Below are positions 15,093 to 27,735 of a stretch of 64,000 nucleotides of DNA, piece after piece. The stretch is from positions 61,318,001-61,382,000 of the forward strand of contig OX597832.1 of assembly GCA_951406725.2 (NCBI GenBank), read 5' to 3'. Position numbers and translations under genes: made by a program. Each line of letters opens with the position of its first letter. Positions within the stretch are counted from its first letter, which is position 1. Source of the stretch: Octopus vulgaris (lineage: Eukaryota). The notes beneath the pieces are model-generated. The model worked only from the letters and a program-made list of their open reading frames with translations. It was not told where the DNA came from and made no database searches.

Positions 15093-15680
15093 AATGAATA
15101 TAAATAATAAATACGTTCGCACGTGATCAATGAAGAGGCTGGATGTAAGTTTAAAGGCTTGACCATCCTTAATGTAAACAAGAGACAGAAAGAAGGTGGG
15201 AGAGGAGGGAATGTAGTTACATCAAGTAAGAAAATAATAAAGAGAGAGAGAGAGAGAGCATTTAAAAGTACGTGTAATCAATAAAACATCAATGAAATAA
15301 AATATAATATACACACGTTCAGAAAGCAACAGACAGCTGGAGGTATAAAACATTAAAAACATTTAACAAGGGAGAGTTTTGAACAAGTTATTTTCAAATA
15401 GAGCTAAAGGTTAGATGCCCTTCAAATGAATTGTTTTTTTAATTAAGCAATTTGAAGTCAACACTCCTAGTTAAGGACAGATACCTAAAAGCATTAACAC
15501 ATTAAAGCGAAAAATGAAATAAAAATTCAAAGCCATATCCCCTTCTCCATAATTCTATATTCATACGGAGAAAATATTTATTGCACACTCGAATATGTGT
15601 ATGTATTCATTAGGATAAACATTTATTATATAAGTAAATACGAAGAGAATCGCATATATATATATATATATATAGACACA

Positions 15681-15733
<53 letters not shown>

Positions 15734-16264
15734 GCATATAAATATGGTCCAGTAAATTATTTGTCACTGAGGTGAGAATAATCAATGGTTAACCAAGTAG
15801 GGAACTATTCAGTTGTATTGATAGGGGTAATAGACTATCTGGATACGGTTTAATACATTATTAATTAAAGTAAGACTAAATTATGGGTAACCAAGGTAGA
15901 GAATTAGGTCGCAAACACGAACGATTTAAATATAGGTACAGGCAATCGTGAGTAGACATTAAAAGATATGAAATTTATTCAAAACATAGAGCTAGGTTAT
16001 AATTCAATTATTGTAGATATAATGATTAAGTGTAATGTTAGGTATAGTTAGAATACAGGAAAGATTTATATTTAAGGTGCTGGCATCTTACTATCAATTC
16101 GTCATGCTGATTAATAATATTAGATTTAATTTTTAATTTTTTAATTTTATCAGTATGGAATGCCTCTAGTACACTTACCTCATTTACCAGCTTGTGTATT
16201 ACATACAATGAACCAAGCAGTTTTAAATTCAATATTATGATCAGTGAGAAAGTACAAAATTTTG

Positions 16265-16496
16265 ATAGAGATAACTTTTCTGTGTACCTCTCGTATTTAG
16301 CCCTTTTTTTTTATACCTAAATGTAGATTTGTGATTATTCTAGCGAAGTTTGAAGGAGAAAGACGACGCACCGGTGTACACATGTTCTTTGCGAAGAGCA
16401 ATGATAGAACACTTATATGCTGTATTTTTCCTAAGGCATTGGTTATTAATGGGACACTAATTAAATACGAGTGGTACACAGAAAAGTTATCTCTAT
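16265..16496. mobile_element. MITE-like element with 35-bp TIRs
   Basis: ATAGAGATAACTTTTCTGTGTACCTCTCGTATTTA (16265-16299) and its reverse complement at 16462-16496, one mismatch. Confidence 0.75.
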
Positions 16497-16841
16497 TATT
16501 AGTAGGTATGATGGGTTAAGCTTCACTATTGTAGTACAGTTACTGGAATCAAGCTCATTGGCATGTTGATTATCTGGAGTAGATATTACATTGCGATTAT
16601 TTGAATATATAGAAGTTGAAATATTAGATGTACTGTCAGTTATTGTTGTCTTATGAGCTATACGGTTTTATTTACAAGAGTTAAATCTTGCTATATATTC
16701 AGTAATATAAGTATAGCAGATTATGTTAGTTTAACTGTGTGTCTATTGAAAATTTTATGACACGAGCAAGATTTAGGAAGTGTTCAGCCAAAGCTTAAAG
16801 TTATTTTGAGCCACGTTAGAATCATTCAAACTCAATGGCAG

Positions 16842-17257
16842 AAAATGTTAGTGGCCTCTCCACTATCTCCCTGGTCCAAGTTTTCCCCGCTTGATGTTCG
16901 CAAGAAGTGGCTGCCTTCTTGCTGCTCTGCCAGAGTAACCAAGTTTGTGGAAATACCAGACAGCTATCCTAGGATTAACATCAATTCGTTCTGCTATGTC
17001 AGAGGCCTTGCAGTAAGGATTATCGCCAACACTTCTTTTAACAAAGTAAAGGGTCCTGTCAGTTGACCCGAACGTAGTGATGTACGTACACACTTTCCCA
17101 TTTCTATTAACTGTAGAAAGCGGGATTTTACGCTATGTCCACCATAATGACCTACAGTACGGTCTCTTTGAAATTCAAACATTTCCAAGGCTTCTTTTGT
17201 ACATGGTATGATTAAACAGTCACATACACAACCTGAAACATAAAAAATGTCGGTTAA
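16842..17257 (-). mobile_element. duplicated 5' fragment of the Tc1 element
   Basis: Near-identical to 18899-19317 apart from a 5-bp deletion and a few substitutions. Confidence 0.9.
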
Positions 17258-17559
17258 TAAGCAAATTATTTTTGCTTTTATTATTTTTTTAAAGCTTATT
17301 CGTATTAGATACAGTAAATGCTAAAGTAGTTTGGTTGTTATGGTAATTAATCATATTACCTAATTTAAATAGCGTATTATAATTCTCGTTTTTCTTATTC
17401 TTCTATTATAGTTATCACGATAATTTTTATTAATAGTATTGGTAAAATAGTTAGTGCTATTATTAATATTATTATCTTAAAGACATGAATATGTTATTCA
17501 TTGCTGAGTTCCTTCCCTGCCATCTTGCAGTTTTTATCATCCTTACTAGGATTGTGTCA

Positions 17560-18030
17560 TTTATGTAAGCAAGTTTTATGGCCAATTACATTTAGATTGA
17601 GCATATCACGAGGGCAACACGTATTAATTTTATTAATTTTATTGCTTTCAAACGGTATATAATTGCAATTACCATCATTAAGTTTAGGGAGATATATTAT
17701 TTTTTCATTATAACCAACCCTAGCCAGAGCTTCATTATAGTAACTAGAGTTTGGGTTGAGAAAGTCGTAGTTAGCGGAGATAAAGCGGAGAGCAATGATA
17801 TACGGCAGAACATCCTATTTACTGTGGAACATGCCACGGCTTTTGGATGATTTGAGAAGCGATTTACATAACGTAGATGCTGATTTGGCTTATGGAAAGG
17901 TTTAAAGACAATTGTACAAAGATCTAAAGGAACTTCGAAGAGCGTTAGTATTTTACAGCTGTCTTTAAATGTAATAGACAAATCTACATCTTTAAAGTGT
18001 CTAATAAGTTTTTTCGCATAATTTCAAAGA
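17560..18030 (-). mobile_element. Penelope-like reverse transcriptase relic (thumb region)
   Basis: ORF 17697-17981 FEVPLDL...FKPFHKPNQHLRYVNRFSNHPKAV...RISLLS matches the PLE FLD..LDL/YRKP/Y....SNHP pattern. Confidence 0.8.
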
Positions 18031-18210
18031 TAATTTCATACATTATAATTTCATAGAATGGATTTTCTGAATTTCAGCTGCATGCAACGCTACATTAATC
18101 TTCTTCGTATCGGATTACTAAGAGGTATGGTAGCCAGATGCACCAGAGAGGCTTTTCTGTGATTGCCACAGAATTATATGAGCCCATACGTTTCACTACA
18201 AATATATATA

Positions 18211-19398
18211 CACAGACATGACAGATGTAAATAGACACCCTCATAATCATTAAAATTCATTCAAATCTGAAATTATACGTTCAAAGTATTTATTAATTGT
18301 TATGATGTGAATATTTAATATTTCGTAGACATTCCCTTTGCATTTTTCAATGGAAGGACCCTATTACTCATGTTATCGATCAGATGATGAGGAATTTCTT
18401 ACCAAGTTTCATACAGTAGTCTCAAAAGATCTGGCTTTCAAGATGCTTTCTTGTTCTTTTTATGAAGTGTCCTGTCCATTATATCCCAAAAGTTTTCAAT
18501 AGGGTTCATATCTGGTGACTGGCTTGGTCATAAAAACTTTTTAATGTCATTGTCATCCAACAAATCTTGAGTTAACTTAGCCGTGTGACAAGGAGTCCTA
18601 TATTCTATAAATAAATTCTTCTTTTTACTTATTTCACCACTGGAGAAGACTGGAAGGAATCCTTTCTGCAATATAGACACATATTTATCTGAGTTTATGT
18701 TTCCCTCACACTCCACCAGATCTGATCAACCCTTGCTCAAAATTGCTCCCCAGACCATTACAGAATAGCTGCCGTGTTTCATTGGTGGCTGCAATCTTTT
18801 CACATCAAAATCTTGATCACAGTGTCTCCAGACACTTACTCGACCACTGTCAGGAAATACAGCAGATCTGGACACATCAGAGAATATGACAGTGTCCCAA
18901 AATGTTAGTGGCCTCTCCATTATCTCCCTGGTCCAAGTTATCCTCGCTTGATGTTCGCAAGAAGTGGCTGCCTTCTTGCTGCTCTGTCAGAGTAACCAAG
19001 TTTGTGGAAATACCAGACAGCTATCCTAGGATTAACATCAATTCATTCTGCTATGTCAGAGGCCTTGCAGTAAGGATTATCGCCAACACTTCTTTTAACA
19101 AAGTTAAGGGTCCTGTCAGTTGATCCGAGCGAGGTGATGTACATACACACTTTCCCATTTCTATTAACTGTAGAAAGCGGGATTTTACGCTATGTCCACT
19201 ATCAGAATGACCTACAGTACGGTCTCTTTGAAATTCAAACATTTCCAAGGCTTCTTTTGTACATGGTATGATTAAACAGTCACATACACAACCTGAAACA
19301 TAAAAAATGTCGGTTAAAAAAAATATAAGCCTTTACAAATTAGAATAAATATGAAACGATATTTTATGGGGTGTCTATTTACTTCTGTTATGTCTGTG
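18211..19398 (-). mobile_element. Tc1-like DNA transposon with both TIRs and a disrupted transposase
   Basis: TIRs CACAGACATGACAGATGTAAATAGACACCC (18211, preceded by TA) and the reverse complement ending 19398; motifs WDTVIFSD, VMVWGAI, PCHT, PSQSPDMNPIENFWD split by stops and frameshifts. Confidence 0.92.
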
Positions 19399-19765
19399 AA
19401 TATGAATATAATAACATACATACACACCCTCTCACTTTCTCTCTCTCGACACGCACACATGCACACACACGTATACGATGTGCTATCTGTTTCCGCCTGA
19501 CAAATCTACTCACAAGATCTTGGTCCACCCTTCGCTGTGGTAAAAGTCACTTGCCCCAGGTAACACACAGGTACTACGGTTTCTTCTACCAAATTCACTC
19601 AGAAGGCATTATCTGGCTCGGAACTATTGCAGAGATACACATGGCCAAAGATGTCCCGTAATCGGACTGAACCCAAAACCTCGGGGCTGCAAAGAAGATT
19701 GTAAACCACATAGCCATATCTGCACCTTTTATACATGCTTTTTATATGCATACATATTTACACGC

Positions 19766-19815
<50 letters not shown>

Positions 19816-20146
19816 ACACACATATATAACGAGAGAGAGAGAGAGAGAGAATGTGAGAGAGAGAGAGAGAGAGAGAATGTGAGAGAGGAAGAGAGAATGA
19901 CAAGTTTACTCCCATCATTCAGGCAACATATAAACGTATCTTGCTTCCGAAAACCTTTCATATTTATGGAACGCACTTTGCCTTTAATGGTTCTGCACTT
20001 TTTCCCAACATTTTAACCTTTCGTATTACCGCCTTCCTATTTCGCTTCATATTACTTATAATTTTTATTCGCAAGTTGATACACGATACATGCGCACATT
20101 CGTACATTAGATACGTAAAATTAAGTACGTACCATCCGTATCCACG

Positions 20147-20185
<39 letters not shown>

Positions 20186-20351
20186 GCACACACATATATG
20201 TATTATGTACATGTATGTGTACTTTTACATGTAACCACACATATATAGATACATTCATATGCACGCACACACATACATAGAGACGCATGTGGTCATACTG
20301 TATATACCAATATATATGCATGCTTACATGTAAGTGTATGCAAAATATATG

Positions 20352-20387
<36 letters not shown>

Positions 20388-20428
20388 GTAGCATATAAGT
20401 ATGTTGTATATATACATACATAATACAT

Positions 20429-20503
<75 letters not shown>

Positions 20504-20885
20504 GAACACACACACATATATATCTCGTCGACCATCGTTCCACACATACACAGCCACACATGTATGCCTAATATTGTGTTCCAATTTATTTTCCCCATTA
20601 TGAGTCACTCACAATGTTACGCATCTAATTCCCTGTCGAAATACGTTCATTTTCTTTCCGCTACATATTTACCAGTAATTTCCTCAGCGCTGTTTATGTT
20701 CTGCACGCAATACTGGTATTTCCTGTTTGCCCAGAACCCAAACTATAGGTCACACCCATTGTAACCTGTGCATTTGCACATGTACTTATGTTGTAATGTA
20801 CCTCCATCGATTTAATTCTTGGATAGATTTTCCTCTTCTCCTGAACACACACACACACATATATATATGTATGTATACACATATG

Positions 20886-21000
20886 CACGAAGTGTGTTGA
20901 AAACTTCCTGGCTTTAAGAGCATCGCGAAAAGCCCGGTTGAAGGACCAACATTCCGAGTTGTTTTCACTGTTTTCACAACAGAGACTGAAGAACTGCTGC
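20886..21000. mobile_element. possible mariner-type terminal fragment
   Basis: CACGAAGTGTGTTGAAAACTTCCTGGCT resembles CGAGG..TGAAAAGTTC mariner termini; no partner end seen. Confidence 0.35.
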
Positions 21001-21204
21001 AAAAGATAGCGGCAGAATCAGTACCAAGCTTAATTTTTTTTTAAATGCACTGGCATCGATTCATTCGACTAATATTCTTGAAGGCGGTGCTTCAGCATGG
21101 CCACACTCTAATGACTGGTACAGGGACAAGAACATATATATATATATATGTATGTATATATATATATATATGTGTGTGTATGTATATGTATGTATATATA
21201 TATG

Positions 21205-21258
<54 letters not shown>

Positions 21259-22179
21259 CATACATATATATATATATATTTGCGAGTTTCTGTACTTGTC
21301 CCTCAACATCGCTTGATACCCGATGGTGGTGTATTTACGACCCCGTAACTTAGCAGTTAAGCGAAAGGCACCGATAGAATAAGTACTAGGCTTACAAAGA
21401 ATAAAACCTGGGGTCTATTTGTTCGACCAAAGCGGTGGTCCAGCATGGTCGTAGTCAAATGACTGAAACAGTTAAAAGAATAAAAGAATATATATATATC
21501 TGATGAGGTTATTGCATGTGCAAAAATCTTTGCCCATAACCACACCTACACATTTACAGAGATAAATACAGCTACATCAAATACCATACATGATAAATTT
21601 TTAATTGTCAAAATGATCTCCGCCTCCAGATGTTTCATAAGTAGGAAGTAGCAATTAAGAAAATCCAACTGCATTCAGAAGTGGAGATTACCTCAGTAAA
21701 CAAGATGTCTCCAAAAGTGACATGCCCATAAAGAAATGGGCTGCTTTCTGTGCTATTACCAATCGATAAGTAGACAGTGGTAGACATGTGTTTCTGCCTC
21801 AATGGATGTCATCAGCACAGTTTTCTTGCCATAGCTTCAACAGCCAAGGAACATAACTCTTTTTACACAGACATCCTTACACATGCAATAACATATTCAC
21901 ATACTCACGTGCGCTCAGCTAATTCGTATTTCTAAATTATCGGTTGATCCGATTGTATGGTACAAGTATGTTCCTCCATTTTGTGTCCAGCAAGGTTGAA
22001 CTTGGTGCAACATTTTTATGAAGTGAATTTCATATCCTCAGCGCAACACTTGAACGAATAATTTTAGAGAATCCTCTTTCTGTCGTACGAACAATTGTTT
22101 AAATTGACGCATGCGTCCAGCATGGAACGGAAAATATCTCTCATATACGAACACGTAAGTACTATTATATAACCCTAAA

Positions 22180-23430
22180 TATTCTTTTCTACTCTAGGCA
22201 CAAGGCCCGAAATTTTGTGGGAGGAAGCCAGTCGATTAGATCAACCCCATTATGCAACTAGTACTTAATTTATCGACCCCGAAAGGATGAAAGGCAAAGT
22301 CCACTTCGGCGAAATTTGAACTCAGAACGCAAACACAGGCAAATCGCTGCTAAGCATTTTGCACGGTATGGAGACACAATGCACTGCCGGGAATGGAACT
22401 CATGACCTTCCGATCATGAGCCGAATGCAATAAGTACTAAACCACGCACGTTCGCTATAGCATCCAAATATTCATTTCTACTTTCGGCACAAGGCCCGAA
22501 ATTTTGGGGTGAGGTGCCAGTCGATTAGATCGAACCCAGAATGTAACTGGTATTTAATTTATCAACCGCGAAAGGATGAAAGGCAAAGTTGGCCTCTGTG
22601 GAATTTGAACTCAGAACGGAAAGGCAGGCGAAATACCTATACCTATTTCTTTACTACCCACAAGGGGCTAAAACAGAGAGAACAGACAAACAGATTAAGT
22701 CGATTATATCGACCCCTGTGCGTAACTGGTACTTATGTAATCGACCCCGGAAGGATGAAAAGCAAAGTAAAGACGGACGCAATACCTATTTCTTTACTAC
22801 CCACAAGGGGCTAAACACATAGGGGACAAACAAGGACAGAAAAACGGATTAAGTCCATAACATCGACTCCATGCGTAACTGGTACTTATTTAATCGACCC
22901 CGAAAGGATGAAAGGCAAAGTCGACTTCGGCGGAATTTGAATTCAGAACGTAGCGGTAGACGAAATACCGTTCAGCATTTCGCCCGGCGTGCTAATGTTT
23001 CTGTCAGCTCACCACCTTAAAATATTCTTTTCTATTCTGGGTGCAAGGCCCGAAATTTTGGGGGAGGAGATTATGTCGATAAGAACGACCCCAGTACGCA
23101 GCTGGGACTTAATTTATCGACCCCGAAAGCATGAATGGCAAAGGCGACCACATCGGATTTTGAACTAAGAACGTAGCGGCAGACGAAATACCTATTTCTT
23201 TACTACCCACAAGGGGCTAAACACAGAGAGGACAAACAAGGGCAGACAATCGGATTAAGTCGACTATATCGATCCCAATGCGTAACTGGTACTTATTTAA
23301 TTGGCCTCGAAAGGATGAAAGGCAAAGTCGACTTAGGCAGAATTTGAACTCAGAACGTAACGGCAGATGAAATACCTCTAAGCATTTTGCCCGGCGTGCT
23401 AACGATTCTGCCAGCTCGCCGCCTTTATCA
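22180..23430 (-). mobile_element. stack of tandem and compound family A SINEs
   Basis: About six repeats of ATCGACCCCGAAAGGATGAAAGGCAAAG and three of CCTATTTCTTTACTACCCACAAGGGGCTAAA, all in one orientation. Confidence 0.9.
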
Positions 23431-23499
23431 CAGTAAATATTATTATATAACACTATAACAAATACGACACATATAATATACTGTTATTGTATTTAATGT

Positions 23500-23770
23500 G
23501 TGAGGGCACGTGGCCTGGTTGTTAGGGTATTGCATCCAGGATCGCGAGATCGTGAGTTCGATTCCTCTATCGGATGGTGCACAGTTCATCTCACTTTGTT
23601 CCACGATCCTTTCGATTTTGCCATGTGTCACACCGTACACCTGTAAAGCAATGTTGATTTAATGCTGGAAGTGAGCTGATATGCAACACAAACATTTGAT
23701 AACTATAAACAAAACATGTGCTCAGGTTGTTCAGGGGCAACTTGCAGAACCGTCCTCCTCGAACGACAGT
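23500..23770 (+). mobile_element. family C-like SINE
   Basis: GTGAGGGCACGTGGCCTGGTTGTTAGGG...GAGTTCGATTCC. Confidence 0.7.
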
Positions 23771-24016
23771 GACAACTATTATACTCACTGCTTTTTTGGA
23801 ACCGATTCTATGTAGTAATGATAATCTGTATTGATATTGACAATACTGTTTAGGGAAAGAACAGAAAATGGCATCCTTTGACTTTGGCCGTTTGTACAAG
23901 AGAAGTAATTTTTCATTTGAAATTAAAGAATACAAGGAAGAAGATACATAGAGTTCACATAAATAATTTTATATCTCACCTGTTACGAAATTCTTAGAAA
24001 TCTTCAGGATAATAAT

Positions 24017-24147
24017 TGCAGCGTGGAAGGTGTTTGTAAGCCATTTAAGAAACACACAAAAGTAGTTCGATTCACTTCAACATTTAAGTTTAATTTGTCA
24101 AAATATTTTCGTCGCTAAAATCCGCGACCTGTTCACTGACAAAAATC
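24017..24147 (-). mobile_element. 131-bp insertion with 16-bp TSD, probably a Penelope pLTR fragment
   Basis: TCTTCAGGATAATAAT repeated exactly at 24001-24016 and 24148-24163. Confidence 0.8.
24094..24143 (-). ncRNA. minimal type I hammerhead ribozyme, G3:C8 core variant
   Basis: UUUGUCA-GUGAACA-G-GUCGC-GGAUUUUA-GCGAC-GAAA-AUAUUU-UGACAAA: 7-bp helix I, 5-bp helix II, palindromic helix III AAUAUU. Confidence 0.7.
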
Positions 24148-24971
24148 TCTTCAGGATAATAATATCCTGTTAATTATTAATTAGATATATTACAAAGAGA
24201 ATATCATATTAATAATCATTGATGAAATTATGAAATAATTACAGTCAGGAAGAAATTAATAGAATGTTTTCTGTTTCTTTTCTTTTATTCAAAGCACGTC
24301 TGTAGTAAAACTAATCTTCTATGTTTGCGAGTTATCGATAAACTAAAAATAGTAATAAATTCGACAACCTCTAGTAAATAGTGTACTTGCTGTTTATTCG
24401 TAGGTCTGTTATTTGTGCATACCTTAGTTTGTCACTTTTCAGATACATGCAGCAAACACATACATATATTACAAATATTCGAATGACATCCGTAGATTTT
24501 TACACACACACACACACAAATATAAATCTGTTCTAACACTCACGTATTACTTTATATTATTTCTTCTCCCCGAGCTCTCCAAATGAAACACAAAGAAATC
24601 CCACCCCACACACATATACACACATGCTCCGCTAAAAGATACTCAGAAAGAAAATACTCAGAAAAGCAAAAAAAAAAAAAAAGAATAAAAAAATACGAGC
24701 GAGAAAGTAGACCTTGCAACAAACATCAGCTCCCTTGGGATTCTGTTACTCGTTGTTGGTTTCTTGTTTGTAAAATGAACCTTCGGTTGATTTCTTGTCG
24801 GAACATTGGTAATTCTGAAGAGCAGGAGAAAATTGACAGCTTTCATGGCACCTAAATGATAGAGTAAAATTATCTTCTAGGAAACATCTCAAGGTTATTT
24901 CAAAGTGGCAGGGCGAACTTATACGCAAACACACACACACACAAACACACACACACACGCATACACACACA

Positions 24972-25030
<59 letters not shown>

Positions 25031-25250
25031 TCATACACATACACACACATACACACAAATCCATACATATATGGACACAGAAAAGAACAGACTTACACAT
25101 GGTGTCTCTCTCACTCACACGTATATTCATTGATAAAGATTTCTACCACAAACACTCGTACATACAAGTATACATACATATAAACATATACGTATATACA
25201 TACACATATATATAACTATACGTATATATATGTGTATATACAAACACACA

Positions 25251-25300
<50 letters not shown>

Positions 25301-25517
25301 GTGTACATACATATAATTACGCAGTATGATTATGTATATGTACTTCCATATGCATTTATATAAATGCCTACATACTAAGTAAACTTGTGTACATAGTGAT
25401 ATACACACATATGTATACAAACATATATATACACATATATACACATATATATACATATATATATACACACAGATATATACAAATATACACATTTATGCGT
25501 ATATGTATATATTTTTT

Positions 25518-25905
25518 TTTACTTGTTTCAGTCATTTGAGTGCGGCCATGCTGGAGCACCGCCTTTAATCGAGCAACTCGACCCTGGGACTTATTCTTTG
25601 TAAGCCCAGTACTTTTTCTATCGGTCTCTTTTGCCGAACCGCTAAGTGACGGGGACATAAGCACACCAGCATCGGTTGTCAAGCAATGCTAGGGGGACAA
25701 ACACAGACACACAAAAACACACACATACATACATATATATATATACATATATACGACGGGCTTCTTTCAGTTTCCGTCTACCAAATCCACTCACAAGGCT
25801 TTGGTCGGCCCGAGACTATAGTAGAAGACACTTGCCCAAGGTGTCACGCAGTGGGACTGAACCCAGAACCATGAGGTTGGTAAACAAGCTACTTACCACA
25901 CAGTC
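25518..25905 (-). mobile_element. SINE family B (CORE-like, internal microsatellite)
   Basis: Reverse complement TGTGTGGTAAGTAGCTTG...GGTTCAGTCCCACTGCGTGACACCTTGGGCAAGTGTCTTCT...AATGACTGAAACAAGTAAAA. Confidence 0.88.
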
Positions 25906-26089
25906 ACATATCTGGAAGTACATATAAATATATGTATGCGAATATGTATATGTATATGCATTCATACACACACACATCATCATCATCATCGTCGTTTTCA
26001 TCATCATCATCAACAACATTAACATCATCAGCAGTTTCACCTACCCGGTATTTGCTAGTGATAAAAATACAATAAACTCAAATAATGAA

Positions 26090-26219
26090 GTAGGAGTGGC
26101 TGTGTGGTAAGTAGCTTGCTAACCAACCACATGGTTCCGGGTTCAGTCCCACTGCGTGGCATCTTGGGCAAGTGTCTTCTACTATAGACGGAAACTGAAA
26201 GAAGCCTGTCGTATATATG

Positions 26220-26252
<33 letters not shown>

Positions 26253-26450
26253 TTGTTCCCCTAGCATTGCTTGACAACCGATGCTGGTGTGTTTACGTCC
26301 CCGTCACTTAGCGGTTCGGCAAAAAGAGACCGATAGAATAAGTACTGACTTACAAAAAAAAAAAGAATAAGACCCGGGGTCGAGTTGCTCAACGAAAGGC
26401 GGTGCTCCAGCATGGCCGCAGTCAAATGACTGAAACAAGTAAAAGAGTAA
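26090..26450 (+). mobile_element. SINE family B
   Basis: AGGAGTGGCTGTGTGGTAAG...GGTTCAGTCCC...CTTGGGCAAGTGTC...GACTGAAACAAGTAAAAGAG. Confidence 0.88.
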
Positions 26451-26718
26451 ATTAATTTAAATCTGTCTCAAAAATTTCCTTCATTATTTATGCACGACTC
26501 TTTATTCCATTCCTTGTCTCTCTTCTCTCTTTATATCATGCTCTCTTTCACTCTCTCTCATCCCGTCTTCCTTTCCTCAGCCTGGCTCTCTTATTGTATT
26601 TTAGCGAATATTATATGTTATCTTGGCCATGACAAGGAAGAAAACGATATCTTTGTCAAAGTTGTTTCTTACCTTCTGGGAAACAAATCAGACTTCTGTC
26701 ATTTTTACTTCTGGTGTT

Positions 26719-26789
<71 letters not shown>

Positions 26790-26797
26790 ATATATAT

Positions 26798-27158
26798 ATC
26801 GCCCGGCGTTGCTCAGGTATATATATATATATATATATAAAGCATTTTTAGAGAGTTACAGCCAAAAAATAGCAAAAAAATGGAAAAAAATGATGGTAAA
26901 TTTTTTTTGAGAGTTAAAAAGGTAGTTGCGTCCCCTAGACGGTCTGTGGTTTGGGTTTCTGATTCTCGACCCCATGTCGAATTTATCGATTTTTTCAGAA
27001 CTGGGGGAACTTTTCAAAATTTTCGCTGTGTTAGTTTTGAATTATGACATTGGCTATGTGTGTGTCAATTTTCATCAGAATCGGTTGAAAGCCGTGGTCA
27101 GAGTGAGGGTACGAGAAACACATACATATTTATATACAAATTTATGCATAATTGCTTT

Positions 27159-27170
<12 letters not shown>
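26798..27170 (+). mobile_element. non-autonomous Helitron/Helentron-like (HINE-type) element
   Basis: 5' TCGCCCGGCGTTGCTC, subterminal TTTCATCAGAATCGG, short microsatellite and TTGCTTTTATATATA end; recognised by architecture only. Confidence 0.55.
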
Positions 27171-27207
<37 letters not shown>

Positions 27208-27214
27208 GTATATG

Positions 27215-27375
27215 GGGGAGAATTCACAAAAAACCCCCAAAAGACGAAGACAGGTGGTGTAGACAACAAACATATGTATTAGTATAACGCTCGGGTAGTG
27301 GAATAGTCTTTAACGTGTCTGGCCCACGCTCTTCCACAGAAAGGAACACAGAAAGAAACAAGGAAAACATAAAGA
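27215..27375 (-). mobile_element. second copy of the 8720-8870 repeat with a decayed hammerhead (27308-27343)
   Basis: Reverse complement CTTT-CTGTGGA-A-GAGCGTGGGCCA-GACA-CGTT-AAAG followed by the same tail. Confidence 0.65.
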
Positions 27376-27549
27376 ATGTGTAGTGGCTAGCGATCTATCA
27401 TGGCAAAGGCCGGGTACACGCAATTTATGTATATGTGTATATAGTCACAGAAACACATACATATTTATATACAAATTTATGCATAATTGCTTTTATTATA
27501 TATATATATATACATATACATACATACATACACATTTATATACATTTAC

Positions 27550-27735
27550 GTAGAGGACAAACAAAGGGATTAAGTCTATTGCATAAACCCCAGTGTATAT
27601 CTCGTACTTATTTAATCGACCCCGAAAGGATGAAAGCCTAAGTCGACCTCGGCGGAATTTGAACTCAGAAGGTAACGGCAAACGAAATATCGCTATGCAT
27701 TTCGTCCGGCGTGCTAACGGTTCTGCCAACTCGCA
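27550..27735 (-). mobile_element. SINE family A
   Basis: ATCGACCCCGAAAGGATGAAAGCC...GGCGGAATTTGAACTCAGAA. Confidence 0.8.

Noticed and set aside
21500-21560. CUGAUGA followed by a GGUUAU/AUAACC stem
   Set aside because: GAAA and helix III are absent; at most a dead relic
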